Assembly: GCA_012441205.1 (NCBI GenBank)
Contig: GCA_012441205.1_4705.1
Length of the DNA: 64,000 bases
DNA from: a phage
Strand: one strand, 5' to 3'
Of the stretch, positions 55,754 through 64,000 are shown piece by piece. The notes beneath the pieces are model-generated. The model worked only from the letters and a program-made list of their open reading frames with translations, was not told the origin of the DNA and did no database searches. A program made the position numbers and the translations under genes. Numbering within the stretch: the first letter of the stretch is position 1; the number at the start of each line of letters is the position of its first letter.

Positions 55754-57553
55754 TCAATCGATTATGTCGTGATCGTTAATTTCTACAATTTCTTCATCGA
55801 ATCGACCGACGTCTTTCTTCAAGCCTGCATTGGTTGCTGCAACGTCATTTGCAATTTGTGGGGTAATGATTAACCGACCGCGCTCATCGATAGGTGCGTA
55901 CATACTGAACTTCTGACGTCCGGTTGGTTCGGAGTGTGGAAGATTCAGATAGCTTGCACAGAACGGGATGGAACCACTAACCAAACGACTCTCGTCAGCC
56001 AATGCAGCACCGCCTGCGTTTTGGCTCTGGAGAACAACATGCGTGCTCACTTTGAACAGCATGCAATCACCCGGTGACTGAATCGATGTTGCCACTTTCT
56101 CACGTTTATCACGATTGCTCTGGATATTGAGAATCGCTTCCGTTGCAACTTGATTTCGCAACGCCTTCTGTACATCACGATTGGTCATCTCTTTACGGTT
56201 GTTCTGTCGTTTACCACGTTCTGTGGTTTTAAGATGGAACCCCAGTTTAAAGATGCTCTTACGCACATCCTCCATGACATATTCCAACACCATCAATTCC
56301 TTACCGAACATCGTCGTGGTATCAACACGACTCATTTCGATAGTGACATTGTCAATCAGATACGCCATAAATTCGTAGAAGTCGTCGCAAGGAATATTTT
56401 CCTGTTTGAACTTCTTCTGTTGAATTTCATCAACGTAAAGATCGAGACTGTCGATGTGGTGGTTTACATCACGCAACAAACGCGCATCCGCGTTGTTGTT
56501 ATTAAAGATAATCAAACCGAGTAATGTACGCCAATGGTCTGGCGCATTCGCGAACTCTTCAACCGGATAGTCTTCCGGAAAACGATCGTAATAACGGTCG
56601 ATGAGATACAAGAATGCACCGACAAGGCCAAGAACAATACGTTCCGTGCCTCCACGTCTTACTGCAATTTGAATATCAGGATGTTTGTAACGTACAGCGC
56701 TAGCGCTACGGCTTTTACCGCTTTTGCTGATACTAAAACCTTTAGGAATAACCCCCATGGTGCGATAGATTACCCATTGGTCACGCGGAAAATCACGTTC
56801 AGCAAGGTTCCGTCCGGTTACGGCTTCGACACCTGCAAAACGTCGGAAACACTCACCCACCCCGTACTTCGCAAAGAGATAGTGACCCAGTGTGGTTACG
56901 CTGGTGTGGTTGATGTTGTCACCGTTCACTTTACTTTGTTTGGTAAGATGATAGATTTGTGACCAGGGTAATGACAGGTAATGACGATAATCGATACCGG
57001 TCGGTGTATCATTGCTCAGGAACTGATACGGTGTACGTTTAACCGTGATTTTGTCACGCGGAAGCATGATGAACGCCATGTCTTTCGTGTAACTGATTAC
57101 CGGGTCAGCGAGCACTGCACTGAGAATGAAGTTCGCACCACGTAGACGCATTTTACCACCCTGACCTACCGCGGGTAATAGGAGAGGATGTCGGATAATG
57201 CAGTAGTCCTTTCCGGGTTCACGACGGTCACCTGATTCCATCGCTCCGTACCAGCGGAATTCTAGCATCACCATAAACACATCGGATGGCGCAAGGTCGA
57301 AGGTCAGCTTACCGCTATCCTTCCCTTTGGTTTTCTTTCCTCCGCTTAAGTAGTGGAACTGTTCGCGGGCCATACAGCGACGCAGGCCATGATACACCAG
57401 ATCCTTAGGTAAACTATCTTTGCTGTTCCGCCAAAGACGATCAACATAGGACTCAACATCTTGCATCTTATCGACGACGATGTTGCGTGCTATCTTCTCG
57501 TTCATCTTCGGTGCAAGCCCAGCGACAGCTTTGCAGAATCTAGGATCCATCAC
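55754..57553 (-). CDS. 599-aa hypothetical protein in putative early operon (worth testing as nuclear-shell/chimallin-like)
   Basis: Long ORF tightly linked to neighbours; no motif recognised. The chimallin idea is pure inference from size and operon context. Confidence 0.55.
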   Translation of the reverse strand: MMDPRFCKAVAGLAPKMNEKIARNIVVDKMQDVESYVDRLWRNSKDSLPKDLVYHGLRRCMAREQFHYLSGGKKTKGKDSGKLTFDLAPSDVFMVMLEFRWYGAMESGDRREPGKDYCIIRHPLLLPAVGQGGKMRLRGANFILSAVLADPVISYTKDMAFIMLPRDKITVKRTPYQFLSNDTPTGIDYRHYLSLPWSQIYHLTKQSKVNGDNINHTSVTTLGHYLFAKYGVGECFRRFAGVEAVTGRNLAERDFPRDQWVIYRTMGVIPKGFSISKSGKSRSASAVRYKHPDIQIAVRRGGTERIVLGLVGAFLYLIDRYYDRFPEDYPVEEFANAPDHWRTLLGLIIFNNNNADARLLRDVNHHIDSLDLYVDEIQQKKFKQENIPCDDFYEFMAYLIDNVTIEMSRVDTTTMFGKELMVLEYVMEDVRKSIFKLGFHLKTTERGKRQNNRKEMTNRDVQKALRNQVATEAILNIQSNRDKREKVATSIQSPGDCMLFKVSTHVVLQSQNAGGAALADESRLVSGSIPFCASYLNLPHSEPTGRQKFSMYAPIDERGRLIITPQIANDVAATNAGLKKDVGRFDEEIVEINDHDIID

Positions 57554-57589
57554 ACACTCCTTTCAGAAAGTTGCTTAAGCAGATTAAAG

Positions 57590-59032
57590 TTACTTTTTCG
57601 ATGACACTTTCTCAAGAATCTTGAAAAAGGTCATACCTATACCGACAACGGCCGCGGTTATGCTCGCAGCGGCTTTCCAAACATCGACGTTACGTTGACG
57701 TCGCGCTTCTTCCGCTTCACGTTGTCTTTTTGCCTCTTCATCACGTCGACGTATCTCAGCAGCAAACTCGTCGTGCTTACGTTTGGATTCTTCGTCTCGA
57801 CGACGAAGTTCAGCGACGAATTCTTCATGTTTGCGTTTAGCCTCGTCGTCACGACGTTTTAAATCAGCTTGATAATCTTCGTGTATTTGTCTACGTAGAT
57901 CATCTTGACGCTTCATTTCGGCTTGGTGTTGTTCCATCCTACGTTTTTGTTCGTCTTTAAGCTGATCGAGTTCGGCTTTATGTTGTTCATCACGCAGCTT
58001 TGCGTCGGCGCGATGCGCCTCATGCATCTGTGCGATAACTGCCTTGTGTTCATCCGCCATACGTCGCATTTCAGCCATCACCCCTTTAAGGGTTTCTTCT
58101 GATGCCTTACGTTCGTAGCTACGTTGGTCGAAATCATTTTTGTAGGCTTCTTTTTGGATGGGGTCGCGCCAATGCAATGCCGATTCACGTGTCGGAAAAA
58201 CATTGTACTTCCACATCTCTTTTTCCAAATCTTCGACCGGTACGAAGATGGAGTCATTATTCCCGAAGGTAACCAACATACCTGGCGCGCCTGCTCCATT
58301 CGTTGGTTTTATTTCGAACGCTTTCCCCAACACGTTAACCCATAAGCTATACGGATTATGAAAGTCGGGCGGCGTCCAATGGATAGTGAGTTGCGTTCCG
58401 AGAATCCGGAAACCCTCTGTTTTTCCCGTCAAGCTCCGCGCGCACGTTGCGATGTAGGGGTGATCAATCCCTTTCGTAACGTGGTCTGCGCTTTTGTATT
58501 CTCCTTTAACTTTTACGATTGCCACGTTGATTTGCGCGACATAAGCGGGTTGATTAAAGTTCAGCGTGTTGAGGTCAATTTGACATATCTCATCCAGCGT
58601 ATCGTACCAGTCTTGCTGGTCTAATAGACGCGGCATTTTCTCAGCGTTAACAATACGACGGATATGCGGTTTCCTTATCGCGTAACCTGTACCGTTTTTA
58701 ACACGGAGTATATCCCGACGTCTACCCGCGTAGACGAAGTTTCTGAATGCACCATTCGCATTAGATACGTCATGGCTGTCAACTATTACAGGACTACGAA
58801 ATTTTGAACGTCGTACGATCCTGAATGTATTGCCGTCCTCAACCCTACCAGGAATGTACTGGAACATATTGTCGGAGGTGATAACCAACACGGTATGGCC
58901 AGATTCATTAATACATGCCCATCCTAATTCCAGGTCATATAACGGTTCAGCATAACCGTCAATGCGATAAGCGTGCGTACCATCCCACGGTTCGAACGCG
59001 GTATCACATATTGGCATGGAGGGCATCGTCAA
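57590..59032 (-). CDS. tail-anchored protein: globular N-domain, K/R/E/D-rich coiled-coil with tandem repeats, C-terminal TM helix
   Basis: Repeats KRRDDEAKRKHEEFVAELRRRDEESKRKHDEFAAEIRRRDEEAKRQ then AAASITAAVVGIGMTFFKIL at the C-terminus. Confidence 0.6.
   Translation of the reverse strand: MTMPSMPICDTAFEPWDGTHAYRIDGYAEPLYDLELGWACINESGHTVLVITSDNMFQYIPGRVEDGNTFRIVRRSKFRSPVIVDSHDVSNANGAFRNFVYAGRRRDILRVKNGTGYAIRKPHIRRIVNAEKMPRLLDQQDWYDTLDEICQIDLNTLNFNQPAYVAQINVAIVKVKGEYKSADHVTKGIDHPYIATCARSLTGKTEGFRILGTQLTIHWTPPDFHNPYSLWVNVLGKAFEIKPTNGAGAPGMLVTFGNNDSIFVPVEDLEKEMWKYNVFPTRESALHWRDPIQKEAYKNDFDQRSYERKASEETLKGVMAEMRRMADEHKAVIAQMHEAHRADAKLRDEQHKAELDQLKDEQKRRMEQHQAEMKRQDDLRRQIHEDYQADLKRRDDEAKRKHEEFVAELRRRDEESKRKHDEFAAEIRRRDEEAKRQREAEEARRQRNVDVWKAAASITAAVVGIGMTFFKILEKVSSKK
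57710..57880 (-). repeat. in-frame ~54-bp tandem repeat inside CDS 57590..59032
   Basis: DNA repeats encode the ~18-aa RRRDEE(S/A)KRKH(D/E)EF(V/A)AE(L/I) unit about 2.5 times. Confidence 0.5.
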
Positions 59033-59180
59033 CCTCCATCAGATTGAAAACTATCACGCATAATACATTTCCCTTTTCTTGTTCTTATCGAGCCGACAGC
59101 CGACGGTTTCAGCATCGTTCCTAGCGCGAGAACGACCTTACGTGTTGTCTATGCCTTATTCATCGCAGGCGTCTGTCACC

Positions 59181-59200
59181 TAGGTAATGTAAGCGTCAAA
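59181..59200 (-). promoter_or_regulatory. promoter-like motif (TAGGTAATGTAAGCGTCAAA on + strand)
   Basis: Same family as 5258, 18418 and 30976; about 150 bp upstream of minus gene 57590..59032 and downstream of the hairpin that follows the 740-aa gene. Confidence 0.4.
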
Positions 59201-59234
59201 TTTTTTCTATTCGCAACAATAAACGGCATAGAAA

Positions 59235-59264
59235 CCTCCCCCAACCCTTGCGGGCTGAGGGAGG
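59235..59264. terminator. nested hairpin element downstream of the 740-aa virion protein gene
   Basis: CCTCCCcc-aa-CCCttgcGGG-ctga-GGGAGG; a second small hairpin CCGGA-tgaatg-TCCGG lies at about 59285. Confidence 0.55.
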
Positions 59265-59363
59265 CTGACTTATGTATCACGGTGCCGGATGAATGTCCGG
59301 TGCAATGAAACCATCCGCAACGTTGTCGTCAAGAATATCATCCAACGAAGCAGCTACGGTAGT

Positions 59364-61586
59364 TCAGTTAGTCTGAACAGGCAGCTTGATGTTTTCAGTG
59401 TAGACCTTACGCAGGTTCACAACGTTAATCAGACCCAGCAGCGGGCAGTTGTTAACGAAGCGGCAGCGCGGCTGAACCATGGTTTCTTTAGAAACCTGAC
59501 CGTTACGGGTAACCTGAGCAACAGATACCAGTTCCGGTACATACAGGAACATACCGAAGGTCAGCGGATCCGGAGAACCCTGGATACCACGAGACAGGGT
59601 CACGAAGATCTTATCGCGCAGCATGACGTTCGGGTTATCTACAACTACGAAGTTGAAGCTTACACCAACGGTACGGAAATCACCATCGGTCTGCAGGAAC
59701 TGCGGGATGTAGTTGTCAGTTGCTACTACGCAACGCGGTTTCTCATCAGCGTTGGAAGACAGCAGCTGCAGAGCTGGCTGATAACCAGACTCGGAGTACA
59801 TGCGGTATGCCATCTCACGAATCACGTTCATGATCGCAGCAGACACTTCAGCACGACGTTCTGCAGTGGTGGTACCCTGAACAGATTTCTCCAGGTCCAG
59901 ATTGATTTCTTCGAACCACGGACGGATCAGGTAACGACCGAAACCTTCGATCTGGATGTCACCGAACTGACGGAAGCGAGAGGTCGCAACCGCTTTCAGT
60001 GCGTCTTTGTAGCTGAACAGTTTCTCAACCATCAGGTTGTCGAAACGTGCGTTAGCAGCTTGGATCAGAACGTCCAGGTCAGCAGCGTTTTCTTCCCAAT
60101 CCAGCGGACGAGGAATGGAGAACGGAGCCAGCAGGCCGATTGCGTAACGTTCTTGCTTCATGTTGAAGTCAAGGTGCTTACCGCGCTCACGACGGTTGCT
60201 GTTGTTACGGCGGATACGCAGTTCGTAACCAACCAGTTTGAAGCTCAGGTCTTCAGCCAGTTGTTTGAACTCTTCGCTCTTACGCGGTTGTTCGATGTTG
60301 TCCTGATCAACCAGGCGATACAGTTCAGCGTTAGCGCCGTTAACACGCAGACCGGCTTTCTCTACGTTGGAAGAACCGTAAACTTCGATCGCCAGCTGAG
60401 CAGCAGATTTCGCATCGATGATGTCCTGCAGCGCTTCAGCTTTCGCGCCTTTAACGTCTTTGGTGTTCTCATCAACGAAGATGGAGTGGGTGTCGAACGC
60501 CAGGGTCATTTTGCGGAAGTCGCCTTCCAGGGATTTCTGGAAACCGTTGGTGATCAGACCAGATACGTCGAACGGTACGTAAGAGGTTTTGCTGTGCTTG
60601 GTAGATTTGATTTCCACCAGGATTTTGGTCAGCGTGATCTGGGCGTCCAGCGCGTCGGTGTTGTCGCTGTAACCGTTAGCCAGGATGCTATCGTCTTCAG
60701 CAATACCGATCATGTCGATCAGTTTATCAACAGCCAGGTAAGACGTTTTGTAAGTTACGCCTTTAATTTCGATGTCGCGCGGAGCAACGATAGCTTTGTC
60801 AACGAAGTACTGTGCGTTAGCATCGTCAGCACGATAGATCGGATGCAGATCGGTCACGTCGTTGGACAGAACGTCGTTGTACATGAACGCATCCAGCAGC
60901 GGACGACGTACCCAATCAGCCGGAGTACCGTCAGCGTTACGACGCAGGTGGTTGAACACCAGCGGACGACGGAAAGATACGTCGTAACCGATCTGGTTCG
61001 GAGCCAGAACGATGGTGTTGTACAGTTCGTTACCCATGCGGCTCAGACGAGAAGCCTTCACGTTGAACACAACGGAGTACGGCATCATGTCACGCAGTTC
61101 TTTCTGGTCGTAGGACAGCTGAACCAGTTCTTCAGATTCGCAACCGCAGGAATCAGCAGCCATCATGACGAAGTTAGAGCTGTCAACTTCACGGCCAGAC
61201 GGAGTGGTGCTGATGTTCATGGAACGTGCTTGTTTAGCATATTCTACCGGGTTACCATGAGCCAGCATGATCAGTGCTGCTGCACGAGCCTGCTGTGCGT
61301 TCATGGTGAACAGCTGTTCTTCAATACGCTGCTTCTCTTCCGGAGTGGTGGTTTCGAAGCCCAGCATGGACAGAACCGGTTCTTCGGCTTTACGGATGTC
61401 GCTGCTGAAGCTCTTAACATCCATTTCGTTAACCAGTTTGTCCATGGATTTGAAATCAACCTTAGAAGCAGATTCCATAGACAGGAAGGTGTTCTCCAGA
61501 CCTTTGTCTGCTGGTTTGCTACCATTAGCGGTCAGGAACTGGCGAGTGGCCGCGACCTGTTGGCTAAGAAGGGTTTTATCATTCAT
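59364..61586 (-). CDS. highly expressed 740-aa virion protein; candidate major capsid protein of a jumbo phage (tail sheath not excluded)
   Basis: Strongest codon-usage bias in the window; size matches phiKZ-type capsid proteins (~740-750 aa, from memory). The antisense 766-aa ORF on + strand is a shadow ORF. Confidence 0.45.
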   Translation of the reverse strand: MNDKTLLSQQVAATRQFLTANGSKPADKGLENTFLSMESASKVDFKSMDKLVNEMDVKSFSSDIRKAEEPVLSMLGFETTTPEEKQRIEEQLFTMNAQQARAAALIMLAHGNPVEYAKQARSMNISTTPSGREVDSSNFVMMAADSCGCESEELVQLSYDQKELRDMMPYSVVFNVKASRLSRMGNELYNTIVLAPNQIGYDVSFRRPLVFNHLRRNADGTPADWVRRPLLDAFMYNDVLSNDVTDLHPIYRADDANAQYFVDKAIVAPRDIEIKGVTYKTSYLAVDKLIDMIGIAEDDSILANGYSDNTDALDAQITLTKILVEIKSTKHSKTSYVPFDVSGLITNGFQKSLEGDFRKMTLAFDTHSIFVDENTKDVKGAKAEALQDIIDAKSAAQLAIEVYGSSNVEKAGLRVNGANAELYRLVDQDNIEQPRKSEEFKQLAEDLSFKLVGYELRIRRNNSNRRERGKHLDFNMKQERYAIGLLAPFSIPRPLDWEENAADLDVLIQAANARFDNLMVEKLFSYKDALKAVATSRFRQFGDIQIEGFGRYLIRPWFEEINLDLEKSVQGTTTAERRAEVSAAIMNVIREMAYRMYSESGYQPALQLLSSNADEKPRCVVATDNYIPQFLQTDGDFRTVGVSFNFVVVDNPNVMLRDKIFVTLSRGIQGSPDPLTFGMFLYVPELVSVAQVTRNGQVSKETMVQPRCRFVNNCPLLGLINVVNLRKVYTENIKLPVQTN

Positions 61587-61735
61587 TGAAAGTATCCTTT
61601 ACAGAATTAACTTATATAAGTCGGTCGATAGACCATAGCGTACACGCGTGCATGCGCCACTATAGTATCAGTAAACACTTACCGTTATTGAGGTCGTGAT
61701 ACAACACTAAAAATGCCGCATAACTTTTCCCTACG

Positions 61736-62356
61736 TCACAAACGACGCAGGCGATAATGGATGGAACGATTGGTGCAATATGAACGGAACAGCGGCAATT
61801 GCGCAACTTCCGCAAGACTCATATTAATTCGCAGGTGTTCAATAACGGCGCTGTAGTTATCAGCAATACGATCGCTCAATAACTCTTCTGCCAATAAAGG
61901 AAGACAATCGACAACAATCGCGATCACATCCTCATTAACATAACGCACCCGAACACTCAACGGACGTTTGTCTGGGCTGTAAGTTGGATCCGCCAAACGA
62001 CGTTCAATATCACGCGGATAGCTCGTCAGTAAATGGTAATAACCATTGTCATAACGATTGATGTACTCACACAGCACATCAACATTCTTCTCTGGCGGCA
62101 AACCTGTTTCGTCATAGTGATACGCAAACATACCACCAAGCAGGTTGTTAAGATGAACCGCAGGGTTCGCTTGTTCGTGTTCTTTCGTGATGAAGAAAGG
62201 CACGTTCTGGGCTGCGAAATAAAAACCTACATCATTGGGCGATAGTATGCCGAAAAGACTTTTAGGGTCTAATAACACCTGTAAGTCATCACGCGCATTT
62301 CGAATAATCGCGTGTTCTACCCAATTCGGAACGACGAGATATCGGAGTTCCTTCAT
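61736..62356 (-). CDS. hypothetical protein
   Basis: 206-aa ORF upstream (minus strand) of the 740-aa gene. Confidence 0.55.
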   Translation of the reverse strand: MKELRYLVVPNWVEHAIIRNARDDLQVLLDPKSLFGILSPNDVGFYFAAQNVPFFITKEHEQANPAVHLNNLLGGMFAYHYDETGLPPEKNVDVLCEYINRYDNGYYHLLTSYPRDIERRLADPTYSPDKRPLSVRVRYVNEDVIAIVVDCLPLLAEELLSDRIADNYSAVIEHLRINMSLAEVAQLPLFRSYCTNRSIHYRLRRL

Positions 62357-62395
62357 TATGATTACCTCTTTGCAAGTATCGAAAGGATTGAGTCG

Positions 62396-64000
62396 ATGGA
62401 CCCAAAACAGATAGCCATTAAGATTATTACGTTACTGTTTCGTAATGCACAATTGAACCATCCCGATCCCAGTACGATCGAACATGTTAAATCCGTCTTA
62501 GATAAAGTCGAACCCCCGAAAAACCATCTCGCTACAGACGTAGATAGAGAGGTTTTCAACAACCTGATGAATACCATTCATTGGATGTTGGAACAACCAT
62601 TATCGGAACCTTTCGATAAACAACAGTTGTTACAAAGGATACGTTTGGATTGCCTTGAACAAAGCAATCTTTACGAGATTCTTGCCGACGGACTGTACGA
62701 TATCGAAGACGACGCTCATATCAGTAAGGTCTGTTCACTCTATTACAACGAATTACGTAATCTGATTACCCGTCGTCGTGTTTTCGAAACCTTTAGAAAC
62801 ACGTACATGGATATCAGTAACGGGCGACTTGGGGATAAAGAATTTTTCGATGCAATGGCGAATCTGAAATTATCGCTAGACAGTATCGAAATGGATACCG
62901 AAAATCCCGAAGAGATGTCGTGTATGATTGACGGCTTTATCGCTGACAGCGAAGACGATATCGAGAAAGTCGAACGTATGTTCGTCAAAGCGATGGAACG
63001 TAACAGTCCTGAAGGTGGATTTGTAACCGGCTGGCAAGGCTTTAATAAAATGTTGGGGTCGGTCGGTGTTTTACGTCGCGGTACCTTAGGACTGATTGGT
63101 GCAATGCAGCACCGGAACAAGTCAGGCGTGTTGTTAAAACTGTTCACACATCTGGCATTGTACAACAAACCCCATTTCTTTTTCCCGGAGCGAGCAAAGA
63201 AAGCATTACTGATTCATTTGTCGACAGAAAACGAAGTGGAAGAAAACACGCTTCAGATATACAAGAACATGCGAGAACAGGAAACAGGCGAATATGTCGA
63301 TATTCGTAAGATTGACCCTCGCGAGGCATCACGTTATGTGTTGAAGGTGTTCAACGATGCGGGTTTCTCTGTTTGTATGCGTCGTGTTGATGGGATGAGT
63401 TATAAACAACTCGCTAATCTCATCGACCATTTCGAACGCATGGGTTATGAAGTCATGGCGTTGTTCATTGACTATCTGAAAATGTTCTCATCGGAAGGGC
63501 TGGATAGAAATGGACCGACCGGCGCATGGCTCCAAGAACTCTTCAACAAAGTCCGTAACCTCTGCAGTGTTAAACGTATTTTAGGCATGACCGTACACCA
63601 GCTGTCATCCGATGCGAAGATGCGTGCACGTGATGGCAACGATGAAGAGTTTGTTGACCAAGTCGCAGGTTTAAGTTACTGGGATGGTTGTAAAGGGATT
63701 GACCGTGAGATTGACCTTGAAGTGATTGTTGATATCGTTAAGGAACCGGGCAAACGTCAAAGCTGGCAAGTCTTTGCATTAGGGAAAGACCGTCAACCGG
63801 ATAACGGTTCAACGAAACCTGAAGACAAACACTTCGCAATGCCATTCCAAACCATCGGGATGCTTCCTGATGATTACGGTAAGAAAGCAGTGTATTGCCG
63901 CAAGGTTGGCGGACAACCTGTCTCCGAGGGAGGTAAAGGTCCGTGGAACAAGTTCGATGAAAACGCAGCACCGAGTAATGAATTACAATTTGATTTAGAA
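62396..64000 (+). CDS. DnaB/SF4-like helicase candidate, 3'-truncated by window edge (not in ORF track)
   Basis: ATG at 62396 (AAAGGA 8 nt upstream) opens a frame with no stop to nt 64000 (535 codons, my own translation). GFVTGWQGFNKMLGSVGVLRRGTLGLIGAMQHRNKSG, LFIDYLKMF and HQLSSD resemble DnaB H1/H2/H3, but the P-loop is atypical. Confidence 0.45.
   Translation, partial: MDPKQIAIKIITLLFRNAQLNHPDPSTIEHVKSVLDKVEPPKNHLATDVDREVFNNLMNTIHWMLEQPLSEPFDKQQLLQRIRLDCLEQSNLYEILADGLYDIEDDAHISKVCSLYYNELRNLITRRRVFETFRNTYMDISNGRLGDKEFFDAMANLKLSLDSIEMDTENPEEMSCMIDGFIADSEDDIEKVERMFVKAMERNSPEGGFVTGWQGFNKMLGSVGVLRRGTLGLIGAMQHRNKSGVLLKLFTHLALYNKPHFFFPERAKKALLIHLSTENEVEENTLQIYKNMREQETGEYVDIRKIDPREASRYVLKVFNDAGFSVCMRRVDGMSYKQLANLIDHFERMGYEVMALFIDYLKMFSSEGLDRNGPTGAWLQELFNKVRNLCSVKRILGMTVHQLSSDAKMRARDGNDEEFVDQVAGLSYWDGCKGIDREIDLEVIVDIVKEPGKRQSWQVFALGKDRQPDNGSTKPEDKHFAMPFQTIGMLPDDYGKKAVYCRKVGGQPVSEGGKGPWNKFDENAAPSNELQFDLE

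Noticed and set aside
2996-59264. TATG immediately 3' of most nested hairpins, as a possible phiKZ-like late promoter core
   Set aside because: The opposite flank carries the complementary CATA, so the TATG is better explained as part of an extended palindrome than as an independent promoter.
59289-61589. 766-aa ORF on the + strand
   Set aside because: It lies exactly antisense to the strongly codon-biased 740-aa minus-strand gene; its composition (Arg/Val/Phe/Gln-rich, no SD) is typical of a shadow ORF.
62362-63971. Track ORFs 62362..62577, 62743..63168, 63144..63332 and 63738..63971 on the minus strand
   Set aside because: They are short and overlap a continuous 535-codon + strand frame with an SD-preceded ATG; they are most likely antisense artefacts.
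1-64000. Prophage, integrative element or CRISPR array
   Set aside because: No integrase, transposase, att-like flanking repeats or regularly spaced direct repeats were seen; the gene content is that of a virulent phage throughout.

Overview
This window looks like part of a large virulent dsDNA phage genome, probably a jumbo, phiKZ-like (nucleus-forming) myovirus of an enterobacterial host. That placement is inference from gene content, Shine-Dalgarno sites and codon usage. Genes are densely packed in alternating-strand blocks. I found no rRNA, tRNA, CRISPR array, integrase or transposase by eye. Calls I can support from sequence: thymidylate kinase, a RuvC-like resolvase, an SbcC/Rad50-like zinc-hook ATPase, an RNase HI-domain fusion protein, a GH108-type endolysin, a five-gene tail-fibre module, a partial DnaB-like helicase running off the right edge (not in the ORF track), and a codon-optimised 740-aa virion protein that may be the major capsid protein. 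Three non-coding signals recur: (1) a nested GC-rich hairpin with a central CCC-tetraloop-GGG, about nine copies at gene 3' ends; (2) a motif whose reverse complement contains TATATTAC, at four loci, each just upstream of a minus-strand gene block; (3) an 870-bp AT-rich ORF-free region with TTATC/GATAAC repeats. My best candidates for a previously undescribed system are the putative early operons behind motif (2): the 59.2-52.8 kb block (tail-anchored coiled-coil protein, 599-aa protein, 852-aa Q/Y/P-rich protein), the 30.9-27.2 kb block of eight small proteins, and the 18.4-16.0 kb membrane-protein block. A six-member paralogous family sharing a YYDR...LAWTGSV domain is also notable. All functional calls rest on motif recognition from memory; no database search was run. 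Feature coordinates read off the sequence lines (hairpins, motifs) may be off by 1-2 nt.
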